Assembly: GCA_963753785.1 (NCBI GenBank)
Contig: CAVWDL010000005.1
Span: 6,969-70,968 of the forward strand
Source: an uncultured Candidatus Micrarchaeota archaeon
GTDB taxonomy: Archaea; Micrarchaeota; Micrarchaeia; Micrarchaeales; CABMGC01
Reading direction: 5' to 3'
DNA length: 64,000 nt
The notes below the pieces were generated by a model. It had not been told where the DNA came from. It ran no database searches and was given only the letters and a program-made list of their open reading frames with translations. Below, in pieces: positions 21,301-31,352 of the stretch (positions within the stretch are counted from its first letter, which is position 1; each line of letters begins with the position of its first letter). The translations under genes and the position numbers were made by a program.

Positions 21301-24268
21301 TGAGCGTAATGTTAAGAATATAAGTTCCCGGAGTCAGGTTCACAGAGATTGGAATCGTTACGGAAGACTTATTCCCGTGTTGATAGGCAAGATTTCTTGT
21401 GAGGACCAGCATTCCGTCCGATGCGTATACCGAAGCGTTCAAGTCGTAAGGGCTTGTCGCTTCGCTGCTGTTCACGATCCACGTTGCGGTGCCGCCCTGG
21501 TCCACGGAAGTGAGATTTCCGTATGCCGAGAGCGAGATGGGTACTGTCTTGAAGAGGACAACAGGGGAATAGGAGGAAGCGGCAGTATATGAGGAATTGG
21601 AAGCAGTTACCACAACGTTCACGACTTCAGGGAAGTTTTCGGACTCGTTCGCGTCTAGCGTAATGTTTTGTGTGTACGAAGGGGCATTCGTTGTGACGGT
21701 CACGGTATGAATCACGTCATCTGAGATTTCATTCACTACAGAGTAGGTGTAGGTGTACGGCGGCTTGGCCAGACCGTTGGTGGTGGTGTTTGCTATCACC
21801 ATCAATATCTGGGACCTCAATGCAGGCATTGCCGCTTGGACTTTCAAAGGAATTCCGAACATTACCTTCGGCATCACGGCATTCGGAGGGGTGTTCCTAA
21901 CCCGTATCCAGTGTATCGTGGCGGTGTTATTCAAAAAGGCAGGATAAGAGGTGGTGCAACCCCAACAGTGAGGATCCGAAGCCATGGCAAAGACATCGGT
22001 GCTGTTATGCAGTGATGTCGTATCGTTGAGAGGTGCACCGACTCCATAGGAAGTGTTATAGCCGGAATAGCCGTTCTGCAAGTAGAATCTGCCTCCATAA
22101 AGTGAAAAGCTCAGCGGAGGAAGGAAAGTATAATAGTGGTAGTTTTCGTTTATCGTAGAATCGAACACATGTTGCACTTCCGCGGTGCCGTTAAATGTAT
22201 AGAAGGAGGAAGAGCAACTGCTAATACTGCCAGAACTACAGTAATCAGGTCGCATTGCACCCAAGTCAAAGCCGAAACTTCCGGCACCAACGAATCCCCC
22301 ATGACCAGTAGGCCATGAGTCGGTTTGGTGGCAGTATATGTCATGACATATGCCTTGAGTATTAGGTTCCCATGGAACATCGACCGTCTTGTTTAGGTCA
22401 TGGTAGTTCGTTTGGTTTATTGTGAGATTTGAAAGGTATACCACAGAAGAGATGCCATCTCCGAGCTGCCCGAAGGTCAAGCCGTTGTCAACTCTCCATC
22501 CGGTGTTGTTGCTCCCGCTGCTAACTTGGGAATCAATAATGCCAATTCCGGATCCGGAGAGATTTCCTACGAAATTATCATAGGAATCAAAGACATGATT
22601 TCCGTTGTCGTATTCCGCGTACACAGAACTCAGATTAGGCGCCTCCCCTGTCGGGCCATTTGCGGACATCATGTTGTTTGGCATCACGTCCATGTAGATC
22701 ATGAGATTGCCAGATGCAGGTATGCTCTGGTTCAGCCTAACCCAGACCAGAGTGTGCGTAGAGGAGTTGGTGGCGTTGCTCTCGACCCAGGCCTGCAGGG
22801 GCACGCCAGTGGCGTTGGTGAACTCAACGTTGGTCCAGTTGGAGTTTATCGGATACTCAGTGCTGTTTACCGTGAGCAGCTGCTGGAAGGGAGGAGTGAT
22901 GGAAAAATGCTGGGTGTTGTTCAGAAGAATAGGCACTGAATGAGGAATTGCACGATATGCAGATAAGGTGACATTGGGCGTAGTAAAATTAATTTCATTG
23001 TAATTATAAGCTTCGGGTTCGGGATAGGGTGCACTATTAAGTAATCGGTTCAGGGTGTCATTCAAGGTGTTATTAAGTGAACAACTCAAAGTGCAGTTCA
23101 GTACACGATCCATTGCACAATTTAGCAATTTGGAATATGCAGTATTCAATAAGTGACTAAGTAGGTTCCTTGAGTTGCAATTCAACAAAGGATTAAGTGT
23201 ACGGTTCAATAAGCGATTCAAAGAGCCGCTATCGTCAGTAACGAAAACTGCAAGGATCATGTTGTGAGTGATAGGCAAGGTGATGGTCGAGCTGTAACGC
23301 GGAGAGGTTAGGTTAGTACGTGAGAAATCAAATCCCATCTCAGCCCACTGGTAGAGAAGATTATTAGAAGCAGTTCCACCATTTACCATTGCTTGAAAGG
23401 TGGCATTTTTACCAAAGATCAAAGAATGAGGAATTTTGATTTTAACGACGTTTAAATCTCCATAGGTTACCCAAAAACTAGTACCATCAGGGGTGATCGG
23501 GTCAGGATTTGCCGCATCTCCAGAAGTACCTGTTATGTTACGCCCAATAGAGTATGCAGTCAATATATAGCTATTGTTATAGAAAGCCAGAGATCTTGAA
23601 GAAGAATTGCCGTTGACAGTATATTGTACAGATAAGTTTTCGCTGTGTGTGAAGTCATGACCGAAACTCACATAGCTAAAGCGCGGTAAGGTAGTGTTGG
23701 ATTCAGTAGAACCCCAAAGATAATAGTTAGTCAGTGTAGGTCTTTCTTCTATGAATTCAGCAGTAGTGTTATCTGGAGAGAAAGACACTTCCTTTGGAGG
23801 ATTGCTCCAGTTCTGCGTTATATCTCGTATGTATAGAATCCATCGTCCGCTGGTTTTATTTAATGTTATTCTTGCATTGATGAGATCATTAGCATATACT
23901 GCTCCTGGTATTGGTAACTGTCGTTCTTTTCCACTGCTCGGTTTAGTGCAATTAGGTTCGCCAAAACATTCATACCATGCATTATAGCCCGGAATATCCC
24001 CAGAAGTGCCATAGGCGGTTCCGATTTGGATCAGATTGCTACCTCTACCTCCTATTCCAAGCCATTGTACGGATTGTCCGGTCTGAGAAGAAGAAGGCAC
24101 AATCCATGATGCATTTATTCCAGTTAAGCCTGATTGGGAAAACCCATATCCCGACCATATTGGATTAGGGAGATTGAATGCTGTCGTATCTGTTGTTGCA
24201 CTAATAGAATAACATAATGCAAAAATAGTAAAAATATAGAAAAAAATCGTTGCTTTTAACTTCTGCAT
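18383..24268 (-). CDS. Giant secreted protein A: G1 glutamic-peptidase-like domain, three DUF2341-like units, Ser/Thr linkers
   Basis: 1961 aa intact ORF with a signal peptide; WSGY, SWIVP, WLGIGG, LIQIGT, AWYE and AEFIEERP motifs of G1 peptidases; repeated FQQ...N(V/L)xF...WxE...WV...GEAPxLSxxYxxYDNG...R..PPNxVMP units. Confidence 0.8.
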   Translation of the reverse strand: MQKLKATIFFYIFTIFALCYSISATTDTTAFNLPNPIWSGYGFSQSGLTGINASWIVPSSSQTGQSVQWLGIGGRGSNLIQIGTAYGTSGDIPGYNAWYECFGEPNCTKPSSGKERQLPIPGAVYANDLINARITLNKTSGRWILYIRDITQNWSNPPKEVSFSPDNTTAEFIEERPTLTNYYLWGSTESNTTLPRFSYVSFGHDFTHSENLSVQYTVNGNSSSRSLAFYNNSYILTAYSIGRNITGTSGDAANPDPITPDGTSFWVTYGDLNVVKIKIPHSLIFGKNATFQAMVNGGTASNNLLYQWAEMGFDFSRTNLTSPRYSSTITLPITHNMILAVFVTDDSGSLNRLLNRTLNPLLNCNSRNLLSHLLNTAYSKLLNCAMDRVLNCTLSCSLNNTLNDTLNRLLNSAPYPEPEAYNYNEINFTTPNVTLSAYRAIPHSVPILLNNTQHFSITPPFQQLLTVNSTEYPINSNWTNVEFTNATGVPLQAWVESNATNSSTHTLVWVRLNQSIPASGNLMIYMDVMPNNMMSANGPTGEAPNLSSVYAEYDNGNHVFDSYDNFVGNLSGSGIGIIDSQVSSGSNNTGWRVDNGLTFGQLGDGISSVVYLSNLTINQTNYHDLNKTVDVPWEPNTQGICHDIYCHQTDSWPTGHGGFVGAGSFGFDLGAMRPDYCSSGSISSCSSSFYTFNGTAEVQHVFDSTINENYHYYTFLPPLSFSLYGGRFYLQNGYSGYNTSYGVGAPLNDTTSLHNSTDVFAMASDPHCWGCTTSYPAFLNNTATIHWIRVRNTPPNAVMPKVMFGIPLKVQAAMPALRSQILMVIANTTTNGLAKPPYTYTYSVVNEISDDVIHTVTVTTNAPSYTQNITLDANESENFPEVVNVVVTASNSSYTAASSYSPVVLFKTVPISLSAYGNLTSVDQGGTATWIVNSSEATSPYDLNASVYASDGMLVLTRNLAYQHGNKSSVTIPISVNLTPGTYILNITLNEWNNSDDNSYVGSGTNHTLFTVNQKMVAGLPTANATVVAKGSNATLYANVSEGTSPYLHYVWFYGTDRNCTTDVQEPWNWASNGGTKDINYDANASDSFSLRINSTTYFCYAVQDSAGAWAISSTTSVDLYHPNVTVILYNNQSVSTGAGFQQMVRIDPNIVIFQNMSSDGGNVRFFSGQTGLYSWRENPSLFWVRLPEGIPADSNLTINMTFLNKGIEYDDVYAGESPLLSETYGEYDNGANAFPFEYQNFQGTSTPGGWTITASAMTIDNGVHADSNGDTTYIHTSGTYGLNSSQIMDWIGQGTSAGQFTNGEFGYIGETYRNAAGWGSSGSGSGYTSIQADDSSSETQGTKYASLNADHVFTTYYPASGSTVYYYDYSNAESLTDPPTASLHLGGYVWSTPGNGFNAYVVRMRTRPPNGVMPSACFNGSGCEQQTTTTTSTTTSTISSTTSTSTSTSTSQTTTVSTGVTDYIGRGTGTDSYSWEALWPITASSSGTLQSVGVNVSTAAADLEVGIYSDSSGTPGAWLGNSTAHAMQTGWNDLNIPQSVAISEGNVYWLVLQGSDYGSFRTYRSPGGSTWLCFNTSVSFQTWQKPTWRGDCGENSGANMRMTYSESESTTTSTSTSTSSTLSTSTSTSTTSTSATSSIEATSTSTTITSTSSTTIISSAYPNVTMTLSNNQGTGTGTDFQQMIVIDATSALFQNATGDLGNLRFYFGNSEFHAWCESNCSSSSTHALFWINVSQGIDADGSLLLNVTFASGADYDGVWLGEAPQLSSTYGQYDNGPAIFPVLYQNFAGTGVPDGWYAHSGSVTVNDGLSIAFTSGTNNRFWTDADYGLNGSQVLDFYGNITGSGVSFTNTEFGYVETGGPAAGWGISGSTLEDMTGSAQGNINPSGSNHVFSTYWPSSSFSSFGYDYGTAETITSGLPSSQYPIGGITWSSNGGMINIHWVRIRTFPPNGVMPSVSFSG

Positions 24269-24423
24269 GAACTCATTAAAAAGATGAATATTAAAAAGGT
24301 TCTCATTTTAGAAGAAACTACGACTTTATGTTGCCTCTTTTCCAAGTATATTATCTGAGGATAAATATATCCACGATACGTCTTGAGGAAAGAGTTATTA
24401 ATTTACCTCCCATATTCTGAAAT

Positions 24424-24921
24424 ATGGAGTTTAAGTTTAAGATTGCAGGCATAGTTGTAGTTGTTTTTTTAGTTCTGTTGTTTTTAGGAATATTAGGGGA
24501 AACAACTCAGGGCCCGAATGCCCTTCAACTCCCTATATGTGTTACAGCATACAACTTCACTTGCGTAAACTTAGTTTTCCAGAACGCGACGGCAAATTTG
24601 ACGATGAACGTAGGGCATAAGTCTCAATATTGGTCGAGTTGGGCTTTGGCATACGTGCCACAAGGTGCAAGCAAAATAAACGGAGTGCCTGATGTTCCTT
24701 TCATTCTGCAGAAAGATGGTTTTAATATAGGAGAAAATAGACAGATTCAGCTAAGTTCTTCGATGAGTGCTCCAGTCAAAATAGGAACGTTCATTGCTGG
24801 AGAAATTTGGGTTTGTTATTCAATAAATGAAACGATCAGCAGTACAGGGAAAGGATATTGTCAGGGAAGCAATACCATCAAATATGAAAAGATTGCGACT
24901 ATAGCAGTAAGGGCAAGTTAA
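24424..24921 (+). CDS. Small pilin-like exported protein (module A)
   Basis: N-terminal hydrophobic helix, CVTAYNFTC, WVCY...C...IATI, homologous to ORFs 31353 and 49547. Confidence 0.7.
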   Translation: MEFKFKIAGIVVVVFLVLLFLGILGETTQGPNALQLPICVTAYNFTCVNLVFQNATANLTMNVGHKSQYWSSWALAYVPQGASKINGVPDVPFILQKDGFNIGENRQIQLSSSMSAPVKIGTFIAGEIWVCYSINETISSTGKGYCQGSNTIKYEKIATIAVRAS

Positions 24922-24929
24922 TATCTCTG

Positions 24930-25043
24930 TGTCTGCTCCTTGATGTAGAGCATTAGCTCGGGTTTCTCCTAGGTATCAGGTTCGCTCTTATACTGTAGAC
25001 CGCATTTATTCCATTTCCCGAATGAAGTAGCGCCCCTGTGCAA
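24930..25043 (-). repeat. Decayed copy of the dnaG 3' end plus junction sequence shared with 32394-32417
   Basis: tgtctgctccttgatgtagagcattagctcgggtttctcctaggtatcaggttcgctcttatactgtagaccgcatttattcc matches about 40625-40710; followed by gaatgaagtagcgcccctgtgcaa versus gaacgaagtagcgctcctgtgcaa. Confidence 0.85.
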
Positions 25044-28000
25044 GGCAGATCAGATGCGGCAAACGCTTTTTGTGAGGGTTAGCCGAGCTATAGCAACAGA
25101 GGGGATGAAAATATTATCCACTGAAAGAGAAAGAAGGCATAACCCCGTATGGAGGATATGCCCTTATCCTTACCCAGTGGATGTTTATCGTTCCCCCGTT
25201 CGAACTCCAGGTGATTCCTCCGATTGGATACTTGGAAGAGGGCAGCCCTGTGGTGAGCGTCTCCATCGTCCCGTAGTCGTAATCAAACGAGGAAGATGAC
25301 GAGGACGGCCAATATGTCGAGAATACGTGGTTCAGGCCGCTCGGGTTGACGTTTCCTTGGGTGCCTCCTGTCATGTCTTCAAGCGTGCTTCCCGAGATTC
25401 CCCATCCGGCGGCGGGTTCGCCTGTTTTGACGTAACCGAATTCGGTGTTGGTGAATCCAACTCCCGAACCCGAGATGTTCCCGTAGAAGTCAAGTGCCTG
25501 CGAACCGTTCAGGCCGTAGTCGGCGTCTGTCCAGAAACGGTTGTTTGTCCCTGAAGTGAACGAGATAGCCAACCCGTCATTTACTGCGACGCTTCCGGAA
25601 TAGGCGGTCCATCCTGAAGGAGAATTGGTTCCGGCGAAGTTCTGATAGAGTACGGGAAATACTGCGGGTCCGTTGTCGTATTGCCCGTAGGTCGAGGATA
25701 GCTGCGGAGCCTCACCCAACCACACTCCGTCGTAATCGGCACCGGATGCGAAGGTCACGTTAAGAATCAGGCTGCCATCTGCACCTATGCCCGGAGAGAC
25801 GTTGAGCCAGAACAGCGCGTGAATCGAAGAGGAACTGCAGTTGCTCTCGCACCATGCATGGAGTTCGGAATTTCCTATATAAAACCTCAGGTTGCCGAGG
25901 TCGCCCGTCGCGTTCTGGAATAGTGCGTCGGTCGCATCGATCACGATCATCTGCTGGAAATCGGTTCCGGTTCCCGTGCCTTGGTTATTGGACAGGGTCA
26001 TTGTGACGTTCGGATACACAGATGAAATGATTGTAGTCGAGGAAGTACTCGTTATCGTCGTCGAGGTTGAAGTTGACCCGATCGATGACGTTGCAAAGGT
26101 GGATGTCGTAGAGGTTGAAGTCGAGGTAGATAGAGTGGTGGAGGTCGATGTGCTGGTCGATGTCGTCGTGCTTTCCGATTCGGAGTAGGTCATGCGCAGG
26201 TTAGCTCCGGAGTTCTCGCCGCAATCGCCGCTCCACGTCGGCTTCTGCCACGTCTGGAAGCCAACTCCAGGATTGAAACATAATGAAGCGGAACCTCCAG
26301 GACTCCTGTATGTCCTGAAAGACTCGTAGTCGCTTCCCTGCACGGCAAGCCAGTAAACATCGCCCTCGCTTATCGTGACGCTCTGCGGTATGTTCAGGTC
26401 GTTCCATCCTGTCTGCATCGCATGCGCAGTCGAGTTTCCAAGCCACGTCCCGGGAGTTCCCGATGAATCGGAGTATATTCCGACCTCCATATCTCCCGCT
26501 GAAGTGGAAACGTTCACTCCGACGCTCTGCAGCGTCCCGGAGGAGGAAGCGGTAATTGGCCAGAGGGCCTCCCAGGAGTAGCTGTCTGTTCCGGTTCCAA
26601 GTCCGATATAGTCGGTGATTCCAGTACGGATAGTGGTTGTCTGAGAGGTAGTGGTCGAGGTGGAGGTCGATGTCGTCGATGAGGTGGTTGAAGTGGTCAG
26701 GGTGCCTTCAGAGTTAAAGAAGACCGAAGGCATGACGTCGTTAGGAGAATGGACTCTCAGTCTTACCCAATATATGCGTATAGTGCCTCCGTTCGAACTC
26801 CAGGTGATTCCTCCAATGGGATACTCGGAAGACGGAAGACCTGTGGCAAGAGTTTCTCCGGATCCGTAATCGTAGCTGAACGAGGATGAAGAGGAGGAAG
26901 GCCAGTAGGTCGAGAAGGTGTGGTTTGAACTTCCAGGGTTGGCACTCCCCTGAGTGCTGCTGGTCATATCTTCAAGCGTGCTTCCCGAGATTCCCCATCC
27001 GGCGGCAGGTTCGCCTGTTTTGACGTAGCCGAATTCGGTGTTGGTGAAACCAACTCCCGAACCCGAGATGCTTCCATAAAAATCAAGGATTTGAGAACTG
27101 TTAAGGCCGTAGTCCGAGTCCGTCCAGAACCTGTTGTTAGTTCCTGAAGTGAAGGAAATGGTCAGGCCATTGTCGATGGTGGCGCTTCCCGAATAGGCGA
27201 TCCATCCGGCAGGGGTCCCAGTCCCTGTGAAGTTCTGGTATAGGGCAGGGAACATCATGGCACCGTTGTCGTATCTTCCGTAAGTGCTCGACAGTTGCGG
27301 AGCCTCGCCCGCATAGGCTTCGTCGAACTCCGTGCCTTTAGGCAAGAAAGTCATGTTTACTCCCATAGTGGAGCCGGGTCCAATTTCACCTGGCAGCCTT
27401 ATCCAGAAGAGGGTTGCATTTTCTCTCCAAGAGTAGAGTTCAGTATCCCCCGAGAAGAAGCGGACGTTGCCTCCGTCATAGGACAGGTTCTGGAAGATCG
27501 GGTCTGTTGAGTTTATCCTGACCATTTGCTGGAAGTCCGCAGCAGTGGGAACAGTCTGGTTGTTGTATATGATGAGAGTCACGTTCGGATGGTACAGGTC
27601 CACGCTTGTCGTGTTGGATATCGCCCACGTGCCAGTGGAATCCTGCACTGCATAACAGGCATAGGTCGTGGAATTTATTCGAATAGAGAATGAATCGGAA
27701 GCATTGGCATCGTAGTTTATGTCCTTCGTCCCTCCATTTGTTGTCCAGTTCCACGGTTCCTGAACGTCAGTAGTGCAGTTGCGGTCGCTACCGTAGAACC
27801 ATACATAGTGAAGGTAAGGAGAAGTTCCTCCGCTGACGTTTGCATATAAGGTGACATTGCTTCCTTTAGTGACAACAGTGGCGTTTGCGGTAGGAAGACC
27901 TGCGACCATCTTCGGATTGACGGTGAAAAGGGTGCTGTTCATACCCGAACCCACGTAAGTTTCATCTTCGGAGCTATTCCACTCGTTGAGCGTAACGTTA

Positions 28001-30079
28001 AGAGTATAAGTTCCAGGAGTCATGTTCGCAGGGATGGGAATCGTTACGGAAGACCGGTTTCCGTGCTGATAAGTGAGATTTCTTGTGATTACCAGCATTC
28101 CGTTTGATGCGTATACCGAAGCGTTCAGGTCGTACGGGCTTGTCGTCTCGTTGCTGTTCACTAACCAGGCGGCGGTGCCGCCCTGATCCATTGAAGTGAG
28201 ATTTCCGTATTGCGAAAGCGAAATGAGGACTGTCTTGAAAAGGGCAATCCGAGAGTAAGGTGACGCGGCAGTATGCGAAGCGGAATCCGCAATGACAACA
28301 TTAACAGCAGCAGGAAATTCCGCGAGTTCGCTGCCGTTAAAGGTAAAGTTTTCCGTGTAAGAGGTCGCGTTCGCAGTATATGTTGCGATTTGTATGGAAG
28401 CTTTTGTAAGAGAGTTCACTACAGATATAATGCCTGTGTAAGGAGGCTTTGCGAGATTGTTTACTGTAGTGTTAACTCTGACCATCATAGTTTGACCTTT
28501 CAGTCCAGGAAGTGAATAGATAGAGGGGGTTATGGGAAAGTCGAAGCTCACGTTCGGCATGACTCCGTTCGGCGGAGTGTTTCTTGTCCGTATCCAGGAT
28601 AGCGACACAGGCCTATCACTCCAACCAGTACTGAGAGTGAATCCTTCATCTCCCGTTATCTCAGACGCATTCTCCATCTGAGTAGTGACAAGAGAGTCGA
28701 CACGATTACCAGGGCGTTCGGTTCTGCTTTGTATTAGGACCTTGCCGTCGTATAATGCAAAACTGACAGGGGATGTCAAGATATCAGAGGTATTGGATAC
28801 TGTAGATATGCCGTTAATTGTAGTGAAAAGGATCTCGGAAAAGGTGTTTTCACTGGGTTCTAGAACTCCAACGCCATAAGGGCAGGGAGGCTGCTCCAAT
28901 CCCGACCAGTCATAATATCTGCAAGTAGTATTTCCGCTTAAAAGGGTCCATCCCTCATAGCCTGTAGGATTAAACGATGAACCCTCCCAATAACCCCAAG
29001 GAACATAAGGGGTGTCTACGGTAATGTTTGCATTCTCGTAGGCTGAAGGGGTTATGTTTGCGCTTTGAAATCTTACTCTACCTAAGAAAGTCAATCCGTT
29101 GTCAACTGTCCAGTTAGAATCTGCTAAGCCGAATATCTGTTGGTCTCCCGTCGAGTTATTTCTCAAAAAGTCGTCGTAATGATTGAAAACACGTCTCCCG
29201 TTGTCATACTCCGCATATTCTGGGCTTAGTGTCGGAGATTCTCCGGTGGTGCCGTTTGCAGACATTACATTGTAGGGCAGTACTTTCATGTAAATAGTAG
29301 CCTTACCGTTCGCCGGGATACTTTGGTTTAGTCTCACCCATACTAGCGTGCTCCTCGACGAGTTGGTGGCGTTGTTCTCCACCCATGCAGGTATAAGAGT
29401 GCCTGTGGCGTTGGTGAATTCGACATTCGTCCAGTTGGAGTTGATCGGATATTTAGTGCTGTCTACTATGATCGACTGTTGGAATGGAGGATTGATTTGG
29501 AAAGGTTGGGTGTTGTTCAGGATGATGGGAACAGAGTAAGGGACTGCATGGTAAGCAGATACAGTGACATTAATAGAAGTAAAGTTGATCTCGTTATAAT
29601 TGTAGGCCTCTGGTTTAGGATCAGGCATACCATTATCCGTAACAAATACTGCAAGAATCATATTACGAGTGATGGGCAAGGTAATTGATGAATTATGGCT
29701 CGGAGAGGTTAAATTAGTACGCGAAAAACCGTTTCCTATTTCTGACCATTGATAAATAAGATTTTTCGAATCAGTACCACCGTTTGCATGCATGAAATGT
29801 CGCGTTTTTGCCAAAAACCAACAAAGGAGGGACTCTGATCTTCGAGACGCTCAGATCTCCATAAGTAATCCAAAAGCTTCCATCGGGAGTTATTGGATCA
29901 GGCATCGCGAGCGTTACTCCAGGAATATTGCTGCTCTGGTTAATTTGGATTATACTCGGTATATCGCTTCGCATCAAATACACATATGAAGGGATGGAGC
30001 TATTTTCATAAAGTTGACTAAATGGTTTGAAATTTGAATTACCTTGTTTTGCAGATAAAGAGTAATCAGGATTAGTAAA

Positions 30080-30748
30080 ATGACCTCCTCCCCCGACTAA
30101 AGTCGGGGGTATCCTCCGCGTTTTAGGAGGCAAGCCTCGTCTGTCTATATTGGTCCTGGTTTCTGATGTAATTCTGTATCGTCTCCTCGTTCTGGGGGCC
30201 GACGCTTCCGTTGCTGTACCCCTCACTCCAGAAATGCCCTCGGTGATATCGCAGTCGGTGGTTTGGCATCTCCTTGAAAACCACATACGCGGAGTATCCT
30301 TTCAGCAACTGCACTGCAGTCGCGACAGACATCGTGTTCGGCACGTCGATTTCGAGATGAATATGTTCGAAGTCGTCGCCAACGGCGAATTCTTTCACTC
30401 CTATTCCGTGCCTTAATGCGGAGTCGTAGATCGCGTCGTGTATTATTTCGCAGGTCTTCGGGTTTTTGAACATCATGTATCGGTATTTCGTCACAAAAAC
30501 CATGTGCTGCCAATTATACCTGTGGATGCGCGCCGTCGCACTTTCCTTTATATCCCTTTCATTGTTTACACTACTCACACAAACACTTCGGCGGCAGAAG
30601 CTTCCGGACCTCGAAAAATTTTGGGGTCACCCTGCCGTCGCTAATCCTTCTCAGAATCCGTTAAAATTAGTGCAGGAGCACTCAAAGTGGGGTCAATTCC
30701 TGTCCACGGGCTGAAGCTCGTGGCATACCTTGACCCCACACCCCGTTA
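30080..30748 (-). mobile_element. IS200/IS605-family element, tnpA only, about 669 bp
   Basis: Y1 transposase; subterminal hairpins CCACGGGC-TGAA-GCTCGTGG (30704-30723) and CCCCCGACT-AA-AGTCGGGGG (30090-30109); no target duplication; removal restores the host reading frame (boundary ambiguous by 1 nt). Confidence 0.9.
30123..30578 (-). CDS. tnpA: IS200/IS605 HUH (Y1) transposase TnpA
   Basis: HMVFVTKYR, HIHL (HUH), QLLKGYSA, FWSEGY and IQNYIRNQ motifs. Confidence 0.95.
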   Translation of the reverse strand: MSSVNNERDIKESATARIHRYNWQHMVFVTKYRYMMFKNPKTCEIIHDAIYDSALRHGIGVKEFAVGDDFEHIHLEIDVPNTMSVATAVQLLKGYSAYVVFKEMPNHRLRYHRGHFWSEGYSNGSVGPQNEETIQNYIRNQDQYRQTRLAS

Positions 30749-31352
30749 GTCAGGACCGAATTCAGCATGGCCAAAGTCAGACATCGAGTCACAATCATAT
30801 CTCGCCCCGATTAAAGGGATAGTCACATAACAATGTTGAGGAAACTCCTCGACAAATTCGAAGGATTGATTATTCGGAGTATAATCCACAGTAGTCTCAC
30901 TAGGGTGAGTCCAGGGGTGGGTTAAGTCAGTAATGCTCAAGTTCCACGTGTTTTGACTTATTCTTTTTATCTCTGCTTTCATTTTGTCATTTGCTTCAAC
31001 TACTTGATTCAAAGATTCTGCATTTTGAAAAGGAAGAAAAGTACACTGATACTGTCCAGTACATTCTAACCACGCAGAATAATTAGAGTTGATATAGCGC
31101 GTACCTATCTGAATTAAATTACTTTCCAAATTTCCTCCAATTCCGACCCATTGTGCAGAGGCTCCATTACCTGACTGAGCAGGAACAACCCAAGAAGCAG
31201 TCACGTCAGTCACATTAGGTAAATCTATTTCATAACCTGACCAGAAAGGATGGTAATCGAAAGTAGTCTTCGAGTTTACGGAAATGAAAAGAGAGAATAA
31301 TATTAACAAGGAAATTAAGATTCCGCCATATGAGAGTTTCAATTGCATTGAC

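Larger units (their letters stand above)
25114..31348 (-). pseudogene. Giant secreted protein B, interrupted by an IS200-type element and a frameshift near 29790
   Basis: Segments 30749-31348, 29790-30079 and 25114-29790 join into a full paralog of genes A and C (FGPD|FTNPDYSLSAKQ versus FGPDFTNSRVLSAKQ in C). Confidence 0.85.

Noticed and set aside
30080-30748. TnpB/IscB RNA-guided nuclease system
   Set aside because: The element is about 669 bp and encodes only TnpA.
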